From the human T2T-CHM13v2.0 reference genome, Homo sapiens: a DNA stretch of 64,000 bases. Positions 17,356 to 31,120 of the stretch are shown here, piece after piece (position 1 is the stretch's first letter; each line of letters starts with the position of its first letter). The stretch is taken from NCBI RefSeq assembly GCF_009914755.1, contig NC_060926.1; one strand, given 5' to 3'. A program made the position numbers and the translations under genes. The notes beneath the pieces were generated by a model. The model had not been told where the DNA came from. It saw only the letters and a list, made by a program, of their open reading frames with translations, and did not search any database.

Positions 17356-18616
17356 ATTAGTGCATAAATTTTTATTCAATATTCTTTACTCTCAACCAAA
17401 AGCAACTTAGGCATTAAAATCTTACAAAATATAATCTGACTTGATTTTTAACTTTGGGAATGTGAATATCACATATTTATGTGTGAACCTGTATGAAATA
17501 TGTAATGTATTATAGTACAATAATTTAATACATAAGGGTATTATACAATAATGAGAAACAGCAAGTCAGCAGTTCATTTTAGCAAATAAATTTTAAAAAG
17601 TTCAGACTAGAAAAACAAGGCAAAATGGCCAATATGGCTTGACAAGAATAGAAGAATATGATGCTTATAATTATGGATTTGATCATGCTGTCAGAGGACT
17701 TCAAAGTTTACAGCAAAATTGCTGTCTTGATTTAATTATCAATATTTAACAATCTCTTATAGTTACTGTAATATAGCAAAAAGTGGAAATGCAGGGATAC
17801 TCTCCAGCACCTGTCAGCAAATGCTGAATATAATTGTTTCATATATATGTATGTCTATTGACATATAAAATATGTTTACTTAATATTTTCATTTTCAAGT
17901 ACTGGGTTTTTTGTTTTGTTTTGTTTTTGTGGACTTTGGTTGGTTGGTTAATTGTTTCTCAAATTAGCCATAATTAAAAATAATTACCATATTCAAAATT
18001 GGTTTTTCTTTAAAATAAATGGCTGAAATAAGAGAAACACTTACTGCTATCATTAATACTGTCCCCTCAATATAAAGCTATAAAATGCTTTCTTAGTATT
18101 GCACTGATAGTGCACAACAGTGAGTCAAGATGGAAGCCGTCATGTGGATACAAAAGGGGAAAGACTGAGCACTTTTTTATAAATCTAAGAGTACTTTTCA
18201 CTACTAGAAATGGTATATTTCAGAGAAGCTATAAAATACCTCCCCACCAAAACAACAACAGAAGCCCTCTGGATGTTATCCCTTGAATAACATTATTTGC
18301 ATCTTCCTTTTTTAATGCACTGCTTTTTCACATTAGAATCTGATATCACTACCATTTTTTTATGGTTTTGTTTTCTTGTGATAATCATCAAAGTGGTTTT
18401 CTGTTTCAGCATGTATTAAATAAATTAAGTAGGTTACAGGTTGAATCCATTTCCTTTATAGCTTTCTGATTGAATTGTGATGAGTGATTCCTGCAGTATG
18501 ACTGATGCATTTGCAGTTTCACCAAGTCAATGCTATTGTTCACCTCCTGAGATCAACTTTTCCCTTGACAAATCAAAACATGAAAAGTGACAGAACTTCT
18601 TTTAAGATCTAATGCT

Positions 18617-18662
18617 CCCATGCACACATGTACCCTAGAACTTTAAGTATATTAAAAAAAAA
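18617..18662 (+). mobile_element. Ultra-short L1PA 3' tip insertion
   Basis: 'cacatgtaccctagaactttaagtatattaaaaaaaaa' matches the L1PA terminus. TSD 'atctaatgct' at 18607-18616 and 18663-18672. Confidence 0.85.
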
Positions 18663-19713
18663 ATCTAATGCTAAGCTAAAAACTTACTAATAGGGGCTCA
18701 CTGTTAAATTTCTGGGTCTTCCTAAGTCATATGTGACAGTTAAGTGATGTACATCTTTCACCCCATCACATGTATGTGACTTTTAATAATGTCATCTGCT
18801 TCCATCTGTCCTAACACCTCTTCAATTGTCTAATATGTTTTCTGCTCCTCAGAGGTTCAGCTTAGGTCCTGAGATGCTTTGGCTTTCCTGAGTCAACATC
18901 CTTCTCTGTTCTATATAAAGAGACAAAACCATTGATGTGACACTCTGCCAGAAGGCTATGGATCTGACCTTCTCTCATGGTGTTTGCCAGTCTCTAACAA
19001 GTATCTTGTATATTACATCTCAATTCCTTTGATTATTAGAAAGGTTCTTAGAACTGCCTCCAACCACAACTTTTAATCATCTGTATAAGTCTCTACCCTC
19101 TTATAGAACTCATATACGAATACCTGCCTGGATTAGATTGGAGATTACTTCATGCTCCTTGAATTAATAGTTTGGTATTTATATTACTGATTCATTTCCT
19201 AAACCATAATCTCTGGGCTGATCAGGAATCTCTCGGCAGGTCCCACTGATGCACTGGTGCCATTTATGTCACACTTGATTCACATTCACTCTTACCATAC
19301 AGAAGAAAAATTACTATAGAGGTATTTGAGAATAATTATTGGGTATTCCAAGTAAGTTGGGTATAATGATAAACAGCCAGACTGTTGAACTGGCAGCAAC
19401 TCTGTTTGTTTCTGCCCAGTGATTTCCACCTCCTGAAACATTTAAAACAATTAGACCCTTACAAATTTAATTTCCATTAAAAAATAATACTTCACTATTT
19501 TTCACTTATAATTAAGAGACATTTACCCTTTTTAATATACACATAGTATTTTCTAATGGCACTCCCAAGTAATAAAGTCAATAAATTTTTTAATGTGTAA
19601 CTAAATATCAAGTAACTTTGAATGACACAATTAGAGAATGCATTTGACCAGAAGTTACCAAATTCCAGGTTGATTACTTTTGGGGGAAAATTTTGTCTTG
19701 GTTAAGGAAAACT

Positions 19714-20057
19714 GTTTTTATTTTTTTCCAGCTTTTAAGTTCAGGGATACATGTGCAAGATGTGCAGGTTTGTTACATAGGAAATGTATGCCATGGTGGT
19801 TTGCTGTAAAGATCATCCCATCACTTAGGTATTAAGCCCAGCATCCATGAACTATTCTTCCTGATGCTCTCCTTCCTCCCACCTCCCGCCCTCCAACAGG
19901 CCCCAGTGTGTGTTGTTCCTCCCATTGTGTCCATGTGTTCTCATCATGCAGCTCCCACTTATAAGAGAGAATATGCGGTATTTGGTTTTCCATTCCTGTG
20001 TTAGTTTGCTGAGGATAATGGCCTCCTGCTCCATCCATGTCCCTGCAAAGGACATGA
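19714..20057 (-). mobile_element. Older L1PA (approx. PA12-15) 3' fragment
   Basis: L1 3'UTR plus ORF2 end ('MSFAGTWMEQEAIILSKLTQE'). Flanking direct repeat 'ttggttaagg' at 19698-19707 and 20058-20067. Confidence 0.9.
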
Positions 20058-20950
20058 TTGGTTAAGGTCTTCTTAGGTGAATGAGACAGAAAAAGAAAAA
20101 AGCCTTAGAGAAAGAAGCCTATTGACAATGGATTAAGTAAAATTGTGGAATTATTAAAGGAACATAAGAATATCAATGAAAATGGCCATAAATGTAGACA
20201 ACCACTCTATCAGTCTGTCTGAGGGCCTTTGGTCTTTTACTTATATTTCTCTCTTCACATTTGCATCATTCTTTTCTCCACAGATGAGGTTCTTCTGTGT
20301 ATAAGTCAACTCTCACTAACTAGCCTAAAAAGTAAATATCCAAGTTCAAGATAAGAAATGTGAAAAGTATACAAAGAAGGAAAATAAAAGGAAATTTTAC
20401 TGTCTGAGCAGTGTCTATTACAGATTTCTCAAAATAAAAGTCACTGGAACTGTGACATCTTGCTAAGTACTACCCTAGAGCTTGTTAAGCAAAGCATCTT
20501 AATGAATAACCTCACTCTTACGTTTCTATCTGTATAAAAGGCTCAATTTTTAATTAATGTTCAATATCTCTTGTGATATTAAACAGTAGTTCATAAGACA
20601 TGTTCTCATCAATAATTAAAATAAAGCAACAATAAAAATAAAATGTAATAGATCTAATTTTAAAATAATTAATGAGCTGCAACAAAATCTAAGGTAATTA
20701 ATTATCAAAAGCTAGTCAGAACAATTAGGGATATTACTGTATATTTGGCAGGATCTTACAAAATGACTGACATACATGTGCAGTATAAATTGGACAATCT
20801 GGAAATATGTACAAATTTCAGTCTTCCAAATAATAAGGTAATAGTTTAGTGATTCAATTTTTATTTTTTTTAATGATCTACTTCTTTTAAAAAAGATTTT
20901 GAGGTCACATTATTGGCATTAATATTTTAGCAGTCAGAAAAAATAAAATA

Positions 20951-21745
<795 letters not shown>

Positions 21746-23842
21746 CAACTGTATAAACATTTTTATCATCTGCTGGTTAATTTTTGCAGAAAGCTGACTG
21801 AGATTTTGATAGGAATTGAATTGCAGCTATAGATCAATTGGAAATATTGCCATTTAAACAATAGGAAGTCTGTTATCCATGAACCTGGAAAGTCCCATTT
21901 CTCTAAGTTTTCTTTAGTTTCTTAGAATGGTGTGTTTTTAGGATATATGTTTCTCATAACTTTTATTAAGTTAATTCAAGAAAATATCTGATTTTTAAAA
22001 TATTATACATTTTAAATTTCATTTTAAAAATGCTCATTGCTATTGTGTACAGAAATATAATTGATTTTTGTATGCTAATCTTGGGTCCTACAAGCTGTCT
22101 GAACTCATCTGTAAGTTCAAGTAGTTTGTGGATTTCTTAAGATTTACTATACATAAGGTCATGTCATATACAAAGAGAGATATTTTTACTTTTTTAAATC
22201 TGTATGCTTTTTATTTATTTATTTATTTTACCTAACTGACCTAGCTAGAACCTCTAGTACAAGGTTAACTGCAAGTGATGAGAGCAGATATCCTTCTCTT
22301 GATCCTGATTTTAGGGGAAAAGCATTCAGTCTTTCACTACCAAGTATGTTGTCACCTGTAGGTTTTGTTACCCTTTATTAGGATGATAAAGTTCTCTTTC
22401 ACTCCAAGTTTACTGAGGAATTTTCATAAGGAAAGGGTATTGAAATTTTTCAAATGCTTTTTCTGTATCTTTTGAAATTATCATATTTTACCCTTTATTC
22501 TATTAATATTAACACTAATTTTCAAATGTTAAACCAGCTTTGCATTTCTCGAATCCCATTTGGTCCTGGTATATAATCCATGTTATATGTCGTTAGCTTT
22601 GGTTTGCTAGTATTTTGTTGAGATTTTTGCCTCTATATTCATAAGGGATATTGGTCTGTTGCATTCTTTTCTTGTAATGTTTTTATCTGGTTTTGAAATC
22701 AGGGTAATTCTTGCCTAATAGAATGAATTAGGCAGTGTTCTCTCCTTGTTTTTAAAATAGTTTGCAAACAGCTGGTATTAATTCTTCTTTAAGTGTTTAG
22801 TAGAATTAACCTTGAAGCTATCTGGGCCTTTCTTTGTGGAAAATTTAAAATTAGTAATTCAACCTCTTTAGTGTAGTCTATTCAGATGTTTTATTTTGTT
22901 TTCTTGAGTCAGTTTTGGTAACCTCTGTCTATTAATTTGTATATTTCATCTAATTTGTTGGCATATAGTTGTTCATGATGGTTCTTATAATTCTTTTTGT
23001 TTCTGTAAGATTGAGTAATGATGTCCCCTCCTTTACTCTTGATTTTAGTAATTTGAGTATTTTGCTTTTTTTTCTTGGTCAAGTTAAACTTGCTGATTGC
23101 AATTTATTTCAAACTTCGATTTCATGTATTTGCTCCATTGATCTTCTCTCTCTTTTTCATTAATTTCCACTCTAGTCTGTAGGATTCCCTTCCTACTGCT
23201 AACTTTAAGTTTAGTTTGCTACCATTTTCTGGTGTCTTTAGGTAGAAGTGTAAGTTATCTATGTGAGACTTCTCCTCTTTCTTAATATTGTATAGGTATA
23301 TACAACTATTCTCTCTGAGCACTGCATTAGCTGCATAAATTTTGGTGTTTATGTTTTCATTTTCATTCATCTCAAAGTATTTTCTAACTTTACTTGTGAT
23401 ATCTTCCTGATGCATTGGTTATTCAGGAGTGTATTTAATTTCTACTATTATATTTGCATATTTTCCAAATTTCCTTCTGTTATTGATTTCTAATTTAATT
23501 TCCTTGTATTTAAAGAATATGCTTTGTATTATTTCATTCCTTTTAAATGTACCAAGGCTTATTTCATGAACTAGCATATAGTTCATAGTCCTATCCTAGA
23601 AAGTGGTCCGTGTGTGCTTAAGAAGAGCGTGTATTCTGCTACTGTTGGTTGAAGTGTTCTATAGATAATTGTTAGTGGGTTTATCATGTTGTTCATATCT
23701 TTTATTTTCTTACGGATCTTCTGCCTAGTTGTTCTGTCATTCTTGAGAATTGTTGTAGTAAGTTCTCTAACTTTTACTGTTTGATTGTCTATCTGTCCCT
23801 TTTGTCAGTTTTTGCTAAGTTGTTTGTTGATAGAGTGTCTGA

Positions 23843-24487
23843 ATTTTCAGTACTTTGAACATGTCATTTCACTATCTAATGGTCTCTATTCTAATAAGTC
23901 AGCTGATAGTTTTGTTGGGGTTCTCTTTTACTTGATGAGTTGTTTCCACCTTACTGCTTTCAAGATTTTCTATCTTTGGCTTTCAACTTTATGACTATAT
24001 GTCTGAGCGTGGTTCTCTTTGCATTTTTCCTACATGGAGTTTGTTGCATTTCTTGGATGTATGTTAATGTTTTCCATAAAATTAGGGAAGCTTTCAGGTA
24101 CTATGTTTTTGAATATTTTTTCTGTCCCTTTCTCTTTTTCCTCACCTTCTGCTATTCTCAGTACTTCTGCTATTTTCAGTACTTTGAACATGTCATTTCA
24201 CTATCTAATGGTCTCTATTCTAACAAGTCAGCTGATAGTTTTGTTGGGGTTCTCTTTTACTTGATGAGTTGTTTCCACCTTACTGCTTTCAAGATTTTCT
24301 ATCTTTGGCTTTCAACATCATGACTGTATGTCTGAGTGTGGTTCTCTTTGCATTTTTCCTACATGGAGTTTGTTGCATTTCTTGGATGTATGTTAATGTT
24401 CTCCATAAAATTAGGGAAGCTTTCAGGTATTATATCTTTGAATATTTTTTCTGTCCCTTTCTCTTTTGCCTCACCTTCTGCTATTCT
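23843..24487 (+). repeat. Direct tandem duplication, 2 copies, period 329 bp
   Basis: 23843-24158 and 24172-24487 are near-identical ('tactttgaac' at 23851 and 24180), with a 13 nt junction insert. Confidence 0.97.
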
Positions 24488-26374
24488 ATTATGGGTATGT
24501 TGGTGCAGTAAATGGTGTCTGACATTTCTCTGGGGCCTTATTCATTTTAACTTTTTTCCTCTTGTTCTTCAAGTTACATATTCTATCTTTATGTACATCC
24601 AGTTTGTTGATTCTTTTTTTCTGCCAGCTCAAATCTACTGTTGAGCCCCTCTAGTGAATCTTCATTTTGGTGTTTGCACTTTTCAACTGCAGATTTTCCA
24701 CTTGGTTCTTTTGAAATAGTTTCTCTTTCTTATGTTTTTTTATTTGAGGAAGTATTGTCAGTGTCTTCCTTTGATTCTTTAAAGATTGTTTCCTTTAAGT
24801 CTCCAAACGTATTTTTAAGAGCTGCCTTGAAGTCTGTTTCTAAATGTACCATTTGGGGTCTGTCAATGGCAGTTTTTGTTGCCTGATAATTTTTCCTTGT
24901 ATTTGTGTCACACATTTATGTTTGTTGTATGCCTCATAATTTATATTTTTGGCTGAAAACTGGACATTTTAGATATTGTAGCAAATCTTCATACGAATCC
25001 TAGCTGGTGGTATTGATAGGTCAGTTGTTGTTATTTGCTTGTTAATCAGTTTGTTTGTTTAGTGACTCAGCTAAAATAATTCTGAAAACTCTATTCCCCC
25101 AGTGGTACAACTTCTGATATCCCTACTCAGATTTCTCTCCGCATTTTTTCTTTTAATCTGGCTACCTTTAGGTCATCCCTGGGCCAGCACAAACCACTTA
25201 TTTGTCCAATGTTGTGCTTTAGTCCCCTTAAATTTGACCCTTTGTCATTGTATACGTAGTAGCTTAAAGCTGTACCATAGATCAGGGAGTGTTTTCCCCC
25301 TCATATTCAATCAGGGACTAATAGTTTAATACTTTGATCACTTCTGAAAGGATCCAGACTTGAGAATGCTCATGATCTTACAAATTGAGAAGGATGATTG
25401 TGGTTTTATTTTTAAGCCTGTCTTGCCAGGAGAGTCAACCCTGGGTCAAAGTAGCTTATTGTTTATATCCTTTGTTTTTTGGTCAGAGGTTGTATTTAAG
25501 TCTCTTATGGCAGGTGCCCACTCCGTGTTGATGGATCCAAGTGTGGCTTTGAAAATGCTGTCAAATCCTGCTCTGATTGCTCCTGAGTGTAACCTAATGC
25601 ATATGCACAATCTTCCCACCCCAAGAGTTGGCTGTTATCATGGCTATCTCTATTAAACTTTTGGCTGCTCTATTTTACTTGTGTCTTGGAGCTACCAACT
25701 TCCTTTTAATTGCTGTCCACCAAGATCTCCATTGTTCTTGACAAAGTCCTAAGGCATGGAGTTCCCCATAATCTGTCCCAAATAAAGTCAGTGTCCTCAG
25801 GTAAAGCTGTAGACCTCCTTATCTTATAACTTACCTTTCCCCTCAGGCATAACCACCACACCCTGCACTGGTGCAGGAGGCAGGGATTTGCTGTTTACTG
25901 AGTGTCACTCCCACTCTGGTGCACACTGGATACAGGGTGGGTAGCTTACCCTGGTCTTTTTGGCTTGCCTGTCTCATTGTGGCACTTCTATCCTATGAAC
26001 AGGCTGAAACAGGGAGATCAGGCTCCCAATATTCTTGGCACACTGTGCCTGAAGCAGAGCTTCTGTACTATGAGTGTGGGTGAGTGGAGAAGAAGAACCA
26101 GTCCTCTTGGTCATATCTGTCTAAAATAGAACTTCTGCAACATGGGCCTGGGTGGGAGGAGAAACACTGGCATTCTACCCTCCTGGGTGAAACTGTGGCC
26201 CCCAGACTGGAAGCTGGAAGAAGAATTAGCTCCCAAATTCTTGACTGCATATGACCATAGTATAATTTCCATAACATGGAGCTGAAAGGGTAGGGAAAAT
26301 AGTGTCTAAGAATTGGGTCACAGTGTAAATGCCACAGACTCTTTCTGTTCTTTCAAAAATTTAGTAAAATGTCT

Positions 26375-26730
26375 ATTTATTTATCCAGCTTTATTTAGGC
26401 ATAATTGGCAAAAATTGTATACATTCAAGGTGTACATGATGATTTAACATATGTACATATGTATACATTATGAAATGATTACCACAATGAAATTAGCTAA
26501 CATGTCCATCACCATATGTAGTTACCATTGTTTCTGATGTGTGGTGAGGACACTTAAGATCTATTAGCAAGTGAAATAAGCCAGACATAGAAAGACAAGT
26601 ACTACATAATCTCAATTATATATGGAATCTAAAAGCATTGAACTCATAGAAACAGAGAGTAGAATGGTGGTTGCCAGGGGTTGAGAGATGGGAAAAATGG
26701 GAGAGATGTTGATCAAAGGGTACAAAACAT
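26375..26730 (-). mobile_element. L1MA9-like 3' end with 5' inversion
   Basis: 26375-26570 is the antisense extreme 3' end. 26570-26730 ('gtgaaataagccagacatagaaagacaa...caaagggtacaaaa') is the upstream 3'UTR portion in the opposite orientation. Confidence 0.8.
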
Positions 26731-29700
26731 TCATTCAGTAGGTTTTCTTGAATAAATATCTCTATTTGCTTAATGTCCTTAGGACAATTTCTAGAGACCT
26801 TTCCGTGACTGGGTTTTAAAAAAATTGTTTTCACCAGTTAAATTACTGTTTTCTTGGGGAAAGGGTATGCTAACTCTCTTCTGTAAATCTGACCTTTCTT
26901 AGGTGATATATATGTATTTTTTAATCCACTGCACTTTAATAAAATTGTATTATTTTCCTTGGATTCTGAACCTACCTTGAAAATTACTAGTAGATATTGT
27001 CTGGGATAAATTTCCAATTAGATTCTTGTAGATAAATTGTTTTAGTTTCTCTGAGGAACAGTTTAGGTTCAAAATAGAGGAGGTGGGAGGGAAGTAAACC
27101 ATTTATACTGGCAGCATTTCATATTGAATAATTTACATTAGTAAGTAAAGCTACACATATAGTTCTTAACAGAACATGGCATCTGTCTCTTCAGACAATG
27201 AAAAGCACCTTTTGGATGAGAATAATATATTGTGCTGCATCACTGGCTTTCCCATCTTGGCACCACTGTAAATTTAATTATGAGATATATGCAGCAGTTG
27301 CTAACTCCCATTAATGGAAATGGATGCATGAATGACCCACATTTTACTGAGTCTAAATAAACTAATACTCTATCACTAAAGCACACCCAGGCTATTTAAA
27401 CCTTTCTCCCCTGGCTAAGCATAAGAAGAGTAAATTATCATAAATCAAAGCTCACTGATGTATATATGACAATAGAAGAAAATTATTAATATATGAATAT
27501 TCCTGTTCTTTCCCCTTCTGTGTCTGCTAAGAAAAGCTTGTAAAAGGGTTTCTGTTAGAAGATTTTGTAATTGAGAATCAGGAGGATAATTTTGACTGGT
27601 GGACAAATAAAAGTACCGAAGGAAGGAAAATAATTTTTATTATAATTTTGAAGAGATTAATAAGGGACTAGCTGTTTGAATAGGAGAAAGGAAATGGACA
27701 GAAAAGATGAATTAAAAATGTTTCTATGACTTGAAATTCTTCTTTGTGATATAAGAACCGTATGTAAAGAACCTCAACTATTTTGAAATTTCTCTTTGGT
27801 CACCAGCCTGTATTTATTGAAATACAAATACAAAGTATATAAAATTATGCACTTTGGTCATTTCTTTTAATTAACTTCCAACTACCTTAAGAATAATATG
27901 AGCTTAATTTTTGTATTATCATTCTGGGGGAAAAAAATCTCAGGGGTATAGTATTTTTCAAACTGCATTGGTATTGAGAATCGTCATGAGAGACAAAAGC
28001 AGCATTGTCTTTTCAGCATCCTAGCTCAATGTAGGCTGTCTTTTCTAGTCACAAGTATTCAAGCAGAAGGAGAGAAAAAATAATATGCCCATTCCAAGCA
28101 TATTCAAAATCCTAAACAATTATTTTACAGATTTTTATATGTAAACTATTGGAACTAAGACCTTCTGCAAGGTTGCCTACTTGGAGTTTACATGTGTCCT
28201 TAATGAGTTTGCATTTAAAATTCAAGTAATTGTTTACATATTATATTATATGAGTTTTACAAATTGTACATAAAATTCTTCTCATTATGGGGATTCTGGG
28301 TAGCAGGAGTGCATTGACTATATAACATTTGGAAGTGAGGCATCTAAATTAAACTATTTCCCACTGCATGTAGATATTTCTAAATTAACATTTAAATGTA
28401 AATTTTTAATAATGAGCTAGGCATCTTCTTTTCCTGCATAGGATAACGACTGTAGAGAGTTTAAACATATCAGGATAGTCGATGCTTAAGTTGATTACGG
28501 AGTCTGTTCATCTATGACTTCATATCACTTTTTGTGTATCTGTTTTACTTCAGTACACTTTTCTTGGTGTGTGTATGTGTGTGCATGTGTGTAATGTGTG
28601 TGTGTTTGAAACACAATAACCCATTCATTCATTCACTCACTCACTCATTCATTCATTCATATGTAATGTAATGAATACCTGGAAAATTCTAACTAGGATT
28701 GTGTCCCATTTATCCGCAGATCCATGGGTAGAATATACGCATTTTTCATTTCTAATTACACATATGCCTGCCACTTGTTAGAGTGGCTTCCATGCCTCCT
28801 ATTTCCTTCAGTCTTTCTTTTAAGACTGTTCCTAGAAAGCAGCTACACAGGGAAATACAGCTAAAAGGGATGGCATCTCTTACGTTGGGAACAGGTGCAA
28901 TATTTAGTACTGAATAAGGATTTAGAGTTCATCCAGGAACAAGGGTACACCTATAATAAGGCATAAGATTTATTCTGGGATGAGAACCAAAAGAAACAGC
29001 CAGATCACCATGATGAATCAGTAGTGCCCACAATGAAAGCCAAGGAGTTAAACTGAGCTGAGAAAAGGAAGAGTCAGAGAAACAGGAACTAGTTCTAGAT
29101 TGAAGAACAATTAAAAATGGGAGCTACTATCTTAATTGTGCAGGCAAGTAAAGGACCTAGTGGAGAACTGTTAGACATATGTTTACTATCTTTGAGAGAA
29201 CATATTTTAGGATAAAAGATGGGATTTAACAGAGCCTTCCTAAATTTATGCTAATAGCATTTCAATCTTTATGTTGGGTGGTATGATCAAAATTGTATAA
29301 TTTTGATCCAATTTGAAAAATTGGAATTTACAATTTCAACCATCTTATATAATGTTCATAAAATTCTATAAACCTGAAAAACAACCCATACAGCAAAACA
29401 ACTTAATGTTTAAAAATGTTAAGATTTCTAATTGTTTTGCCTTAAGAGCGAAGTGAATTTCTTCCTACATCAGCTTCCCTATATTATGGGCTGTGAAATC
29501 ATTTATTATGTACTACACGGGAACATATTAAATGTGAGAAGTTCGTATGCTTTAGCACAAACTTTCCACAGTATAATTTTTTAATGGTTTTCTTGCAGTG
29601 TTCACGGAAGGTAACAAGCAAGAAGTTTGAAATTCATTTGTTTCTGAAGTGAAATGAATTTTTTTACAATTATGTCAGATATCCCTTATTATTCCACTTT

Positions 29701-30259
29701 AGAACTAGAATCAATAACTATAATATAATTGAAGAAAATTAATAATTTTTTAAAAATCTTATTTATAATAATTTTATATAGAATTATAAGTAATAACACA
29801 TAAAACTGCAGCTATTGCTCTGTATAATTATACATTTTTCTCTAATTATACAGCTAGCTACATGGCTCAGTCTTAAATCAATGCCATGGCACAATAGGTC
29901 AATAGAAATGATGCTTCAACACAGATCACAATGTAGGTAGAGTTAATCAGTATAAGGAGTTACCAGCTAATTAAGTCCCTTTTCTGTGTTCAGTCTTTTG
30001 TAAAAAATCAAGGAATGTATGACTCAGAGGAAAACACACACACTCACACACAACCTTGATGAGCAGTACTGATTATTGAAAATAATCCACATAGTAATTA
30101 AAGATGTTTTTTTAAAAAGAAAGTCTGAGTGACCATAGAAGTTTAATAACAAACCTTAATTTCTTGCTTCAATTCAAATGTGTCCACATAGTGTCCAAAA
30201 ATCTTTCTAAGAAAAGTTTTGTTTTTATTAAACAAATGTGTTAACAACTAAAGCTTGTT

Positions 30260-30860
30260 TTATGACGACCTAAATCAAGTTTCTCCACACGAAACTCATG
30301 CTAGGCACGCACTATTTTGGTCGACAACACATAACAGCAACAACAACGTGAATTCCTTCCAGGGCACGTTGAAAATGACAGATCGTATCACGTATATTAT
30401 TTGCCCCCGAGTCCCCTCCCTGTGGCATGGGAATCTCTGGCACCATTTTACAAAGGAGCAGAGCTGGACTAAGTGGTTTGAGCAAAGGCGAGGAGTGACA
30501 TAGGCAGGATTTGCGCCCAGCCCGGCCCTCCTGCTCCAGGGACTTAAACGTTTTCTTATTGAGACGACTGGCTATTTAGAGGACTTAGTCTGCAATACTT
30601 CACTTCTCCTGGAACCTCTGGAAGCCCCTGACCTGCCAGCGCTCATGTGGACTTCCTCCACACTGAACTCCTAGTTGAAAATGGCCACGCCCTGCCCTGC
30701 CCTGCGGACCGCAGAGGAGCCATTTCCACTGCTGGGGCCAGAGGGCGGCTCCAAGGGGACCCAGCTCCTGCAGCAGCAACCAGGGTATCCGGGCAGGAAG
30801 AACAACATGCGAGGGCTGGGCATGACCTGTCTAAAATGGACTGCAAAGGGGTTAACGCTC
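30260..30860. promoter_or_regulatory. Weak CpG-island-like, non-repeat element (candidate promoter/enhancer or lncRNA exon)
   Basis: About 22 CpG by hand count in ~600 bp of an otherwise CpG-poor window. GC/KLF boxes (ccacgccc, gggcgg) and five CGTG cores. Confidence 0.55.
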
Positions 30861-31120
30861 TGATCTTCTCTTTCAACCTAACATTGCTGTAACATTTACT
30901 TCTACTGTACAGTAGCTTTCCCTGCCTGCATTCTGATGGGCCTGTTTCTATACTTTTAACAGTGGAACTAAATCTCCAACTGGGTTAACTGGAGCATTGT
31001 GCTTTCCCATTTTCTCTCATCACAAATCTGTAACGATGAAGAGAGTCATTTAAAGAATGCACTGGGTCTCTAAATATTCCGATTTTGTGAAAAGTTATGT
31101 TTGATTTTAACAAGTTGCAG

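Larger units (their letters stand above)
21746..26890 (-). mobile_element. Old L1M (L1MC/MD-grade) with ORF2, ORF1 and 5' region remnants
   Basis: T-rich antisense L1. ORF-track pieces 23122-23415 ('VRKYFEMNENEN...AANAVLRE') and 24730-24915 resemble L1M ORF2 and ORF1. Contains a tandem duplication and a nested L1MA. Confidence 0.8.

Noticed and set aside
23785-24644. Repeated peptide ORFs suggesting a repeat protein
   Set aside because: These are a by-product of the 329 bp tandem duplication in antisense L1 sequence.
30692-30752. REST RE1-like and CTCF-like motifs
   Set aside because: Key conserved positions mismatch (RE1 left half, CTCF 5' CC).
30643-30892. Overlapping ORFs in the GC-rich element as a small protein gene
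   Set aside because: Open frames on both strands are expected from GC richness. No known protein similarity was recognised, and several use non-ATG starts.
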